A DNA stretch of 64,000 nt. It comes from Lingula anatina. Its lineage: Eukaryota > Animalia > Brachiopoda. Shown in pieces: positions 14,099 to 51,229 of the stretch; the stretch's first letter is position 1, and every line of letters begins with the position of its first letter. Location of the stretch: NCBI GenBank assembly GCA_051362555.1, contig CM120641.1, forward strand, positions 40,182,401 through 40,246,400. The letters run 5' to 3'. The position numbers and the translations under genes were made by a program. Under the pieces are notes generated by a model. That model did not search any database, was not told the origin of the DNA, and worked only from the letters and a program-made list of their open reading frames with translations.

Positions 14099-14216
14099 TA
14101 GCACAAAAATTCATGCGTTAGCACCCCTATTGATGATTCTGATGTGTACTGTGTTAGCACAGACAGTACATATCAGAATCATCAATAGCAGTGCTAACGC
14201 ATGAATTTCCGTGCTA
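14099..14216. mobile_element. 118-bp hairpin MITE (TAG...CTA ends, Academ-like)
   Basis: About 54-bp near-perfect inverted arms: TAGCACaaAAATTCATGCGTTAGCAC..ATTGATGATTCTGAT.TGTACTGT, with a short spacer. Confidence 0.75.
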
Positions 14217-14762
14217 TACAATTACATGAACCAAATCCATCTTACTGGTACATAAACACATTCTGTAAAACAGCTTTAAACAAGTACAATTTGCACATTA
14301 TCATGATGGATTCCCTTCTGATACCTGTCTCACCAATACAAAAATGCTATAGGAGTAACAGCTAGTACACTAAAAAAATTAAAAAATAAAATAAAATAAA
14401 TAAAATAAAAGCCCATGTATTGCTGAGGCCACCTTTATCCTTGCCATGGTTGTGCTACATGTACACGAGGGGGGGGGGGGGGCTGCCTGCCCAAATGAAA
14501 GTTTACAACATGCAGTATTTTTGTCTTTCTATATAAATGATTGGGTTTCGTATAGCGTAGTATCGCTATCTTACTTAAATGCGTATTTGAGACTGACTAC
14601 CCAGAACTGTATCCCGAACATGGATAAATGTTGTCACGTTGACGACTGGGTTTTTTAAACGTAGACTAGAGTCCCTTTCTTTTTGTTTGGAAACGAAAAT
14701 AACAATTCGATCTAGACCTCAAAAGAGACGTGGACGGTTAAAAATAAATACCTACAACTTAC

Positions 14763-15500
14763 CCTGTTGTTACTAAGTATTTTCAAAAACCAGACTCGGC
14801 AAAAATAGCTTCACCTCACCCCTGTTTTAGGGAAGTGTCAAAATACACGTCAACAACAAACACAGCGTTGTTTCCGCTTGGGTCACAGCTGCGCACAATA
14901 TGGAGCACTGAGGGCATCTGTCATTTTCAAATGAGAAATGTCGTGGGGATGGGAAAACAACAAGCAGATATATTTACTTAAAGCACAAATATACAACTTA
15001 TTTGTCCACTGATGTAAAATAATGATATATTAGGCTTATTTTACAAAAGTTCCACTTTAGTAAATATTATTGGGGGTTTTAAAATTGCATTGTGGTTCCA
15101 AAAAGAGGTTCTTCCATGGAGAATGCCATGTATAATGAGTGTTATAATGTCATTCTCCCTCAGTGTGCCTCGTTTTAGGTTATTCCTGCTTGTTACAATG
15201 AAAACATAAGGCATATGTCCTTTTTTGCATTTTCGACAAAAACAAATGTAATTGAACAAAGAGAAATATAGACAATAACAGTCTGACATGAGCTACACTT
15301 TTAAAGGTACATAAATATTCCCGGATTGCATTGTTTTTGTTTCATTTTTGGTTAGGGGCAGGTATTTCCCATCGTGCAATGCGTCTTTATTTACCGGAAG
15401 TAGAGTTTTAGGATGGAGAAGAAATCAAGATGAGTAAAAAACCTTTTAAAACGTAACAAAAGAGCACTTATGTTTTAATTTTTGTATAAAGGACACTAAA
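14763..15500. promoter_or_regulatory. Bidirectional promoter region between the TJAP1-like (-) and MAP4K (+) genes
   Basis: Locally CpG-enriched. There is a minus-strand donor at 14761-14762 (probable non-coding exon 1), a ZNF143/SBS-like TTCCCATCGTGCAATGCG at 15366-15383, and an ETS CCGGAAGT at 15394-15401. Confidence 0.6.
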
Positions 15501-39411
<23,911 letters not shown>

Positions 39412-40840
39412 GAGAACTGGAAGAGCCTTTGCCCTTGAGTTCATTTGCTTCTGTGGTTTCTATGGAAACCTTAAAACAACATCAATAACAGATTCCCCTG
39501 TTGTACACAGTCAGGAAGATTCCTCTCCAGTGGTGAATAACGTAATAGCTAAAAGCTGAATATAATGAGAGAGAATGGCTTAATAAATTGTATTAGTCAG
39601 CAGGTGTTTGTTTTGAGAGACGTGATCCCCCCAGAGGCAGGCTTGGGGCAGACATGGGTGCAATTTCATAGTTCTTCTTGATTGCAGCACTGTTTAATTA
39701 AATTCATTAATAAACAATGGAATCACTCAACAGATGAAGAATAATGAGGTTCAGGAGTTGATAAGAAACTGGAAATGATTTTAATATGAGTTGCTGGTAA
39801 CAGTAAGCAGAACATGTTGACAAGCCTAGTACCACTGTTGCTACTTATGTCAGAGGGAACACCAGTTTATTTGAATGCATACAACATGAGATGTTGCCCA
39901 TGTTTCCATGTGGTTTCCCAAGCCAAATTGGACCTGACCCAAGGGAGCCTGTTGGAATGAACGCTGGGTTTCCCAGAACCATTTATAGAAACAAGTGTTC
40001 CTGTGTCCGTGGATAGCACATGTTGGTCTAATTCAATCAATTGTCCCCAGTGGCGTATAGAGCCATTTTACACAGCTTTTCTTAGCTGCAAAATAATTAA
40101 TTAGTACACCAAGATCAGAGGTCAGAATTGATTTGGCATTTATCATTTATGTATGAGATAGCCGGTTTGAACATAAAGTACAAAAAATAGTGTCATATGT
40201 GCATTAGAGACACAGCTGCCTTTTCATTTTATGAGTAATACTTTACAACTCATTGGAATTATTTTGGAAGAAAGCATGTATCTATGTCACTTGGATTTCT
40301 TATACATGTACAAACATGCTAATAGTGAAAAGATGAACTTTACAGTTGTAACAAATGAAAGCATTGTAGATTGTTTTTTCAGAACGGTATGCTGTCCTGT
40401 CAGTCAGTCAAACTGTTACTTAAATTGTATTACTGAAATCAGATTGGTGCGTTAACTGTAATCATTTGTTTTCTTTTGATCAAGATGTATTCATAGCTTT
40501 ACACACAAAAACAAGTAATTAATAACTGAGATAAGCAGATATATGTAAATATTCTCATAAATGTACAATAATGTCTTACAGGCAACAGTTAACATATTCA
40601 CTATATAGGTGAATTCTTTTGTGCACATTTATTAACTATTATGGAAGGACTAAACTGGCAGAGCATGTGCAACTATTAACCAATATGTGATCACCTTAAG
40701 GTGCATATTTGAAAGGTGCTTCTCAAATGTATTGTTTGACACTAAGTCTCATGGATTTGAATGGGAATTTTTAATTAAAAACAGTGTCCTATAACTAGTC
40801 TTTATTATATTGCTTGTGTCCTGCAAGTCGGTGTTATCAC

Positions 40841-40845
40841 TCTCT

Positions 40846-40894
<49 letters not shown>
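40841..40894. repeat. (TC)n microsatellite in the putative MAP4K 3' UTR
   Basis: TC run directly visible. Confidence 0.9.
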
Positions 40895-40896
<2 letters not shown>

Positions 40897-41781
40897 GGTA
40901 TACAGTTATTGAACTAAAATTATTTGTTTTCTATTAAAAGCATTGTATTTAACACTTTTAGATCTAGAATTTTTATGCTCGCGATGATATGGAACCATAT
41001 AAATGAATTATTAGGATAAGCTTGTGTCATTGTGTCAAACAATACATCATTCACCCATTTCAGAATTAACCCTTTCGTAAATGTGTTTTAGTTGTAAATA
41101 ATATTCATTTGATGAAGATAATGTAAAATCACTAGTCTATATAGTCATCACAGACTATTGAATGGTGGAATACAGCCTTAAACTATTTATTCGTTCTGAG
41201 AGTTTATTATATAGATTTAATAACATCATGAAGATATATCCATGTGCTTGCATGGGTTTACTTTGATATACAGCTATTTATTCATGCAATGCTTTTTTAT
41301 TTTTTAACTTTGTCAGAGTTTGAATATCTTCAGTTGATGGGTAAATTGTTTTTGTTCTTGTGATTGCTTTAACATAGCATAAATGCCCATATGCTGTTAG
41401 CAAATTATATATTCTCATGCCCGAGATAAGAGGTTGGTTGTTCATGTTGCCTCAGAAAATTGCTTCAGATTTGGGTTTCCACTTATGCTAATATATGGTT
41501 TAATTTTTTTGGAAGACCAAGTCGTATTGTTGTGCTAAGTAGCATAAAGTGTGTTTTTGATGGAGAGGATTCTTCATTCATAATGGAAACCCCCCATTGC
41601 TTATCGGCCAGGTCTGAAAAATTGAAACCTTAAAAGCTAAAGGAAATTGATACCTTTCTATGGTATATTATTGTAAGGTCCCTGAATCAGTATTACTACT
41701 CTCCGTACATCTATCCTTGGTAAACAACGTTGCACTGTGAAACGCAATCTGTAGCCTTCTTTTATATACGTTCTGTATAGA

Positions 41782-41787
41782 AATAAA
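41782..41787 (+). terminator. Candidate distal polyadenylation signal of MAP4K
   Basis: AATAAA followed by GT-rich sequence (TGTGTTTCATGTTTGT). It coincides with the change to CpG-rich DNA. Confidence 0.4.
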
Positions 41788-42291
41788 ATCATGAATTGTC
41801 AGTTATTGCATGTGTTTCATGTTTGTATCCGATGCACGTGATATTTGCCCAATGCTGCAGGGACATCATCTATTCGTTCAGCATTAACGAGGTTCTATCT
41901 AAATTTGCGTCCATAATTCTAAATGATTCGATATAGGCAGAGTTGGTAGTAGTTTATCTCATGTAACACACTAAAACTTAATGGTGGAAAGTCGTCCAAT
42001 AAATATCACCTAATGACATACTTTCAAGTAATCCCCAGTAAGGCATAGGTGATTAATATTAAGACGCCATTTCAGATACGTCCCTATTATCGCTTTTGAG
42101 TTAAAACCCAAATCGTTGGAAAAAAATTAAGAAAAAGTTTCTGACTCAAACCTAGTCTACCGACAAAAACGTACCGATCAATCACTACGGTAATAGATTG
42201 GATGGTCAACTTTTCAGAAATCGCATTGATAGGATGCTGTTGATTACTTGCACGTTCGGGATATTTGCATGTTTTTGTGGACTTTTTTATC

Positions 42292-42369
42292 TTGAATTTG
42301 GATATTGATAAATACGCAGTAAGTGGATAATTTGAACATGTTTGAAAGACTGGTTCTTTGAAGCATGTT
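42292..42369. repeat. Dispersed repeat, copy A (inverted relative to 44415-44492)
   Basis: TTGAATTTGGATATTGATAAATACGCAGTAAGTGGATAATTTGAACATGTTTGAAAGACTGGTTCTTTGAAGCATGTT. Confidence 0.8.
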
Positions 42370-44414
42370 TTTTCGTTGTGGGTTTTCGGAGAAAAACGGT
42401 TCTTACTTGTGCTTTGGCGTAAGAAATGGTATTTTCACACCGTGACGTAATGTTGTTTATTTTTCCAGGCACAGAAATTGATGGCACATGGTGTCATTTT
42501 GACGTCACAACTACGTGGTGTTGGCTGGGTTGCAGAGAAACCGCATATCATGTGCTTTTTGCATGACTCTGGCTGTGCAGTGCAATAACATTGATAATCA
42601 AACCTCAAGTCGTGTCCTTCTCAGGATGTAGATTGTTTATATAACTTGATGCTGAAATAAGGTTTAGAGAGGAAATCAAACATTAATCAAGCTTTATACA
42701 TATCGAAAATCTTTCAGAATCATGATAGTTCTCTTTAATCTCTGGTCTGTTTGAAGTACCATAGCGAAACGTTTGTTTGTAGATTATATACAAGAGAAAT
42801 GGCACCTTGCACCTATCAAAGAGGTGCAAGAGATATAATCCATTGTCGTTAAGTAAAATATAAGGCTTTGGAATCAAATAACTCGTTTTCTTGAAATGGC
42901 AAAAGCTATTTTTAAACGTTTCTATTAAATAGGAAGGTGCGTCAAAAGTCTTCATTGAATGCATTGGATAAGAGATTAAAATGCAGCGGATTTGGACTGC
43001 TTCAGACAATTAGATAAACACTTCTGGTGTGGTAATTTCTTACAGTGCAGAAAGGATAAAACAGGGGGCCTAGCAGTTTCGTTTGTGCACCGAATTAGTA
43101 ACTTATTGACATGAATAAACACATCGATGTGCAAAATTCCTATTCATGATACAAAGCTGAAATTATCTGGCACATATATCTGTTAGAAACAGGTACTGAT
43201 CATTTGTCCTTTTTAGATCCGAGACAAGAATTCTTATTAAAGTATCAATATAAAAATATTGGTGCAGATATGACACTATGAGTGTCAAAGTTTACTGGAA
43301 GTCAACATTTATGCCATCAATATTGTCAGTTTGCCTCTGCCGTTTTCGTTGACATCCTCTATATTAACAGTGGCGGTGTTTTAACATGTAAACGACAAAA
43401 GGCACACTAGTAACGTCTTTCGGGAAAACGACACAATATGACGAGCTTGGCAACATAACAAACACTACTAATTGAAAAAAAAAAACATACGCAATTTACT
43501 GTCTTAACAAATAATCTTTACTAATCACCCCTATAGCAGTCATTACCTAACAATCTGTGGTCGCCGACTTAATAATAGACTACAGTTAGTGTAATGTTCA
43601 TCCTGATCGATTGGGTCAATTTCTAAAATTGTGCGCCTCTCAGTTTATGCGATCCTACTGTAAACTAGGTGGCTCTCGCCTCTAACCTTTCCTTGAGAAT
43701 ACGTACGAAACAGGATGAAGTCGGACGTCCTCAACTCAACGAATGTGTGTCTTTGTATATTGCACGCAAAGCAGTTATTTATGACACATATTGCAGGTCT
43801 TTTCACTGGCATGCCAAATCTTCTTATTCTATATGTTTATAGACTGTGCTATAAGTATAATCGATCGAGCGGCAGTTCCATTATACAGCGATTATATTGT
43901 CATTGTTTTAAAATTTTCACATTCTGTTGTTTGTTCTACTGTGCTTCTACCCAAGTGAAGGTAAGACACAGTCACGTTGTCGAGTTTCAGAGTACTGTCT
44001 GCGATTCCCCACTGTACAGCACCTGTCACTCTCAGTAGGTCTCAATAGCCATAGGCGCATGGGCCGCTGGGGCTAACGAGGCTGACACCCCCAAACCCAC
44101 CTACCCATACTCACACAAAAAAAAAAAAATTTGCTTCCTTCGAGTGTACAAGGAAAGTAGTCTGAATAACCAACATCATCCATCACAATTTAAAGCCTGT
44201 GATTATCACAGAGAACGCCATCGCGATGCATCAATTGATTAGAAGCATTATTTGCAACCCTACGTGCAAAGAATTTGTTTCAGACACACATAAGTTGAGC
44301 AGGGCAGAAGCCAGTCCATGATTTCTCAAAATCTCTGGTTTTACTTTGAACAATATCTAAAAAAACAGTTTAAGTAAGTAAGGGAGTAGATAGGACTCCC
44401 TCGTAGAAATTGAG

Positions 44415-44492
44415 AACATGCTTCAAAGAACCAGTCTTTCAAACATGTTCAAATCATCCACTTACTGCGTATTTATCAATATCCAAATTCAA
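44415..44492. repeat. Dispersed repeat, copy B
   Basis: Reverse complement of 42292-42369 with about one mismatch. Confidence 0.8.
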
Positions 44493-46037
44493 AAATGAGC
44501 GCAACTTCAATTAAAATAAGAAATTATGTAATTCATCTTTATGGTGACACATTTTCCTACGTAAAACTCCTGTTCCCTCAGCTATCGCATTTTTAAATGC
44601 GAAAAAGGTTATTATTTCAAAGTACATATGCACTAGACGAGCTTCACTTTTAATGAGGCAAGACCACTCATTAGCAAACCTAACAGACACTGGTCCAGAG
44701 GTCGTGATCATGCGACTAGTAATGAACCACTTCCGTCAGCTTCAGTGTCACTCCTGAAGAAGCTCACGCAATTGTGCTGTTTTAGCTAGGGCCACACAAG
44801 AGTTACAAAAAAGGAAAAAATCATCGCCCAACCCTTCAAAACGAAAGTTTCATTGAAAAGGGATGCACCCTTTGTTATACCACGACAGTATAAGATAAAA
44901 TCTTTTAGGTCAATATCTCATCACAATTTTATATTTTATCACTTGTAGAACAATGTATTCTGCTCCCAATTAATGTACATGTCCGTTGGCTGTTCATCAG
45001 AAATAGGAAAGCATTAATACCAAATTTCGAACACTATATATCTGTGTTTGTCATTTACTTATCCTTTGGCTTGGGTTAATGTTTAAGTTTAGTTTAGTTT
45101 AGTTTATTTCACTGTAACATATGCATGCACTTGTGAGGATGAAAATGACAATATGAATACAATTTTTGTGAATATGCTATTAATGAGGAAAACATAAATA
45201 CAGATATTTATATTGATGATGTCTCAAAACACAGTACCATCATGTACTTTAACGGTAGACTTCAGACTTAAGAAAAAAAACGGTTGCCTTTAGAAAAGAA
45301 GCAGTACATATTATATGCCTTATAGTACTTGAATAATATTATCCAAATCAATCATTGCTTAACCCATCTTTGAACTTGGATTCACTTCTAATTAAAGAAC
45401 TCAGTCCTAAACGAATCATTGTTCTTAAAAACAGCCTTGTCTTCCTGACATTTAAGAAAGAAATATAGAAATCAGGTACTCTTATTTAAGTGGTTGTTAT
45501 AGTATTCAAGATTTGAATTGAGAAGATGATTAGTTTTGCAGGATATTAAGACAACAATATGCTTTAGGGGCATTTTCAAACGCGTGTCGTATACCTTTAA
45601 GCGTTTGTTTTTATGTAACTCTTTCTATATATCAAAATACATTTCCTCATCTCTTTAAATATTTGAACACATCCGAAACTTAATCTGCTTTATTCTAATA
45701 GCACAGTACTAAATCAATAAATCCTTTTTAGCCCTTTATATGAAAACGAAACACAAAGCGGGGGGAATTAATTGCCTGCAAACTGCAAAATCAACGTGAC
45801 ATACATTCTACTAAATTCACCTATTTTGCAAAAAACAAACAAAATAAATGCTATCCATAATGCATGTACAGTTGTAAAACAGCTAAATCTCAGGACGTCA
45901 ATCGTCTTACTTGTTTCTAAATGTCATATACACCCTGATGCTTTGGCGAGGCTTTCCGAGAGTTGTAACAATATTTATTCTTAATGGAAACCCAAGTCAG
46001 GCATTCCGGTTCGATAATACCATTGTTATCTACCGCA

Positions 46038-46051
46038 GAGCCCCCTAGCGG
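46038..46051 (-). promoter_or_regulatory. CTCF-like motif upstream of KCNK13
   Basis: The minus strand reads CCGCTAGGGGGCTC, matching the CTCF core CCnCnAGRKGGCR. Confidence 0.4.
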
Positions 46052-46882
46052 ACAGGTGGCTCAGAAATTCAGCGAATAGAGTTCCTGCAGATCTCTCTTT
46101 ACCTGTAGCCTATCGCCAGCACTTTGAAAATGTAGATAATCTATCGATCGAGCCTGGAAACAATTTCATTAAGTGACGGGCCAAGAGGATTTGTGAATAT
46201 GACAGCATTAATGCAACTGAAGTGGCAGGTAGACCCGCCTGGCTTATGAAAACTGTGCGTCCACAAAACATCGTTAACATCGTGTCTTAAAAGCAATTTT
46301 CACCGAGGTGTTCAAAAATTCCACTTTGCTGTGGACAAGGTGATCGAAATAGAAAACCGAAGTGGAACATAATATGCGTATGTAACGAGAGCGATCAAGG
46401 ATCATAGGAATCAAAACAAGTGGTTAAAAATACAACAGGTTCCACCACGCAAAGGTTATTTACGATTAGCCACAAGAAATGACAAGAAGTATTCGTTATT
46501 GAGTTATTCTGCTCTGTTTTCATCCTCATTAGATCACCCATTTGCCAGGCACACCAGGTGGGCGACGGTCTTGAAGCTACCCGAGCGCGAATGGGTGATG
46601 TTGAAGCAGATGGCTATATGGAGAAATAGGCATGTTCTCCATTGATTTCTTATGGTGGTAGAAATCAATCTTGTATCATACTAGCGCCAAGAAACAGATC
46701 GAAGCTTAAAATTGCCAAAGCGGTTCCAAGGAAAATTAGGCAAATTTCATTACGCTCGCGATCCAAAGAGCGAAAGCTTCAGATGTATGAGATGAAGTGA
46801 AACTCCCAAGGATGGCACTAGGAGCCTGTTACTTTGTACTTTTGTAAGATTATTTACTCTTTAGATTTCTTTGATAGGAACC

Positions 46883-47234
46883 ATGGATAAACCTCGCACT
46901 ATGGCACAACGGGGGTGCTGCACAAGACTGCATTTACGAGAAGATAACGCCCGTTTTATTCTGTTAGCGTTCGTAATGGTTATTTACATGCTGTTTGGTG
47001 CATCTCTCTTCATGCTTCTAGAGCACGATTTGGAGGCAAACAAAAGGCAAGAATGGAGTAAAACTTATCAGAATTTCTTAGACAGATATGGTGATAAAAT
47101 AAACACAACTGATTTGGAAGAACTCTTATCGAAACATGAGGAGGCCACCTCTTTTGGTTATGTTCAAAATAAGAGAGAAAGATGGGATTTTGCTGGCTCG
47201 TTTTATTTCGTTGGAACCGTAGTGTCCACAATAG
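46883..47234 (+). CDS. KCNK13: Two-pore-domain K+ channel, THIK subfamily (KCNK13/KCNK12-like), exon 1, 3'-partial
   Basis: MDKPRTMAQRGCCTRLHLREDNARFILLAFVMVIYMLFGASLFMLLE...RWDFAGSFYFVGTVVSTIG|gtaag. EDNARF and WDFxGxFYFVGTVVSTIG are THIK hallmarks. A phase-1 intron interrupts the G(FG) pore motif. Exon 2 was not found in the window. Confidence 0.93.
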
Positions 47235-49278
47235 GTAAGTCGACATATGTTACTATTTACATAACAATACACACACCTGTTGTTTAGCCCTGATAAATAC
47301 AAATTTGCTTCTTTCATCATTCAAAGAGACGCTCTTCAATATTTTATTGAGTTATATGGAGACAGGACATTTTTTCGACTCACAAAGTTTATATCATAAT
47401 ACCTGTATTGATGGCGGCTCTTGTCCGTGTCCAATATAATTAAAACGCCCAATTTGCCCGTTTGAACGTGAATAATGACAATACATTAATTGAGTGGTGT
47501 CGGTTTGCTTGTCTACATCTGCTCTTAGATTTAATGCGAATCCGCTAGTTCAGTTGCCATGACAACAGAGTGTACATCCATGGGAACGAGGGAATGAATA
47601 GTTTCGTTGACAACATTTAACATGTTGTGGTCTTAAGTAGGAATTCCGTTTTTTTTTGGTAAAGTAGGATATCGGTGGTATCTATGAAATTCTTTTAAAA
47701 TCAGGAGATAATCAAATGTCATCCCTATGTGAGAGTCAAATATACGAACTCACTGTAAATGTGACTATTTACTGATGGAAAATGCTGTATTCTACAAATT
47801 GAGATGGGTCCTTTTTTAATTATGCATTAATTCTTAATGCCGAGTTCTCTTTTTCGTCCACTCAAAGAAATGTCCCAAGTTTTTGTCGTTTCCTTTTGCG
47901 TTCGTTTTGTCCGAGCATACCTCACTGCCGTGTTTTGCCAATATCAGCCTCTATGCCGGATGCCAAGTTTGGTTACTTTTTACAACCAGTGCAGTCAAAA
48001 TCATTTTAACAGAGCATAATTCACATAGGAATAACCAACTATACAGCTATTTTTATTGTAATACGGAAAACTGCCCCCTTTGTTCTTAAACAATTAATTC
48101 AAATTAAATCACAGGTATTTTTTCACCTGGTTTTGGGTACTTATATCAATATAGAATTTTTGGAGACCGGTTTCGTATAAACCTCTCCGTGGAAATGAAG
48201 TGTATTTCTGACCACCATAAAGTCGTCAATTAGAGGTCACTTACATCATAAGAAGAAATAAGAAAAGTCCGCCCGTGTCTTTATGTCTTTTAATTGCATT
48301 ATAGTTTTTTTTTGCAGCTTACACGAAAAAGATGTATTTGCTTCTAAAATAATGACAGTTTACAGAGTTTTGATTGAGTAGCAGTCAAATGGCCATTTCC
48401 CCTAAGTGTTACTTATGTACGGTATTTCCACATGGTCAAAATTCTAATTTGATGTTTCAGCACCATGGCTATCATGGCATAGTTTCATTAATCAAAACAA
48501 AAACAATCTCAAAACTCCGTCAAGAAGTAACAATTGTGTCATTATCGATCATCGTAATTTAAAATTTGCATGACAAAATGTTAGATCAAATATGGCCCGT
48601 AAAAGCTTTTTGTAAGTATAAGTAAAAACAGTGCGCTAGTCCGATCCTTAACCGCTGGTATCATTCTTAGCTATAAGGAATGTAATAACACCGCTCGGAT
48701 GAAGAACAAAACAGGATATTTTTTAAACGCACGTAATTTTAACGCGTCATGCCGACTGCTATTATATTTAGCGCACTTTTTAGCATAACGGAAAAGATTA
48801 CTGTGCGCCTTTGTAATGCTGTGATGCTTAGAGCGAAATATGTTGACTTCTCAAGCCGTATTGTGTACTTTAAGTTGGAGTTTCTGACCCATCGCCGACT
48901 ACCCTTTCCACTTCTCAGTTATCTGTTAGGCGTGCAGATTCGGAGACCAAAAATGAAGAAGTTTGCAATCATCGAAACTATACTTACTTTACAAACGCTA
49001 ACAAAAATTACCATCAAGTAATGAATCAAGGGTTTTACACAAATGAACCCTGTCTACATGCAACTTCTAACAATTATATTTACAGGTATGCCTGCCTGTC
49101 AACTTCGTTGTTTTCGTTCGGGTTATCTGCGTGGTTTTGAAAATTAAAACTGTGACTGGTTGTTCCAAGATGCTTATTTTGGTATTTCAGACAATATTCA
49201 CATTTTTGCATAATGTAAGGACCAAAGCAAAACAACAAGAGGACTCCGTTTTAAAATACCTGAATGTGAATAATAATA

Positions 49279-49285
<7 letters not shown>

Positions 49286-49333
<48 letters not shown>
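49286..49333. repeat. (AT)n microsatellite
   Basis: AT run directly visible. Confidence 0.95.
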
Positions 49334-49336
<3 letters not shown>

Positions 49337-49884
49337 CTCAGACATTCCTCTGCGACTCTCAAGCTTTACACCCAATGTAAAGATTCTGGCCATGAGTATG
49401 CATTTAATTAGATAACACATTCCATTTTAACGTAAATTTATATAATGAAACGTTGTATCAGTTGTCATCAAAGCTTTTTCTATATCGATCTTTTTTTTTC
49501 AACTGATTTCGCGTGTTATAAAATGGCAAGGGTGGCTTTGTAGTACATTGGATTTTCAACAATATACGTATGGCTAGTAGTTAAATTTATACCCGTAAAG
49601 ACAGATAATATAAGGTAAAAAATACCTATAAATAACTAACTCATATTACGCCATAAAATTACTTCGTCTCCTATCGTAATTGTGACAAGGAAATAAAAAA
49701 AGTTTTGCTTATCAGATCGAATTTACGAATTTACGCCATGGGATAGAATTGATCTCGTGGTATTTGGAACATTTTTATCTGATACAAATCATACCTTCAT
49801 TTAGAAATAATATAATATAATATAATGAACATCATCTAATTCAAGGGCTACCTCACAGTCTGTTATCAATATTCACCTGAGACT

Positions 49885-49918
<34 letters not shown>

Positions 49919-51029
49919 TCAAAAATTATATCAGACTCAAATAGTATTTCTCTTTCATTTGACAACCAATACGCATCCTTCTCCGCCTTCGTTATGAATG
50001 ATATTTGTGAACGGTTGTTGAATCCTTTCAAATGCAGAGCACCTATCGTATTATTTATTTCCGTGCATCTTTGGCATTTATTCTGGACCGCATGGTTATC
50101 AAAGCTTTGATACATCTGTTACATGTGTCACTATTTAATTAATAAGTTCAAATATTAACCCTCAGATCTATGTCTATAAATGATATCAAGTTACCATTGT
50201 GTTATTGTGTGGCTCTTCTCTTCTTTTGTTGGTGGTGGAGCAGAATTTCCTAATGATGCATGTGTGAAAGCTACGTCTATTGTGAGTACATGGAGGACGT
50301 GACAATGGTCCCTGATAGCTATTTCATATAAGGTGTTGTTTGCAAAGCGTGCTGTGGCGAAACCGCACTTTCTGAAGACCTCGTAGGCCTATCATTACTG
50401 GGTTTTTTTTCTCTCTTACTTATCTATCCAGTAAGAGAAACCACAATGCAAATGATCAGTGAATTGAGAGCTGAAAACGGCAATATGCAAACAGCCATCC
50501 AAACACTATATTTGGCAATTGTTGTTGTGAATTGTATCATTACATTAAGACGTTTGATCGTACGTACATAATCACATAAGCCGCCTAAATATTTCATCGC
50601 GCATCGTTCCAATCAGCTCAATCTCAATTGATTGCATTGCACAACGTTTCATTTTAAACTAATAGAATCAAGTTCGTATATCCAAGCCATTTAACACAGA
50701 ATTGTTCGTTCGCTTTTCAAATTAATCCGGTCTTTATTTAGTTTCAAATGAAAGAAAGGCAGTGATAAAAGTTTGAGTTAGAAAAGGGGAAGTCGTAGAG
50801 AAAAACGTAAACTTGTAATTTGTCTCCTTAATTAGCAAAAAGATACAACTCTTGCTATAAAGATAACTTTGAACTGACAGATTCCATAGGTGCCACACGA
50901 GTAATGATGTAGCATAATACTAGAAATATTTCATTTGGAAAAAAACTTAGATAGCTTATTTAAAATTTAGGAAAGCCTGTTGTCAAAAACGGGTCCGTGT
51001 AACAAGAAGTTATCCAGGCCGATAAATAT

Positions 51030-51229
51030 GGCCGCGTTCACAACCAGTTGATCCACGGTCTAACTAGTCCCCAGGTCAAATATGGCGCGCACTTGGCAAG
51101 AGATTCCCACCTCCCACGCGTGCCGTCACAGCAGGGGCTGACCAATTAACTTTCGGCACACAAGTGGGTCGCGCCATATTTGATCCGCAGACTAGTTGGT
51201 CCGCGGATTAACTGGTTGTGAACGCGGTC
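51030..51229. mobile_element. 200-bp Tourist/PIF-Harbinger-like MITE
   Basis: About 60-bp imperfect TIRs (GGCCGCGTTCACAACCAGTT...CAAATATGGCGCG), flanked on both sides by TAT (3-bp TSD). Confidence 0.8.
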
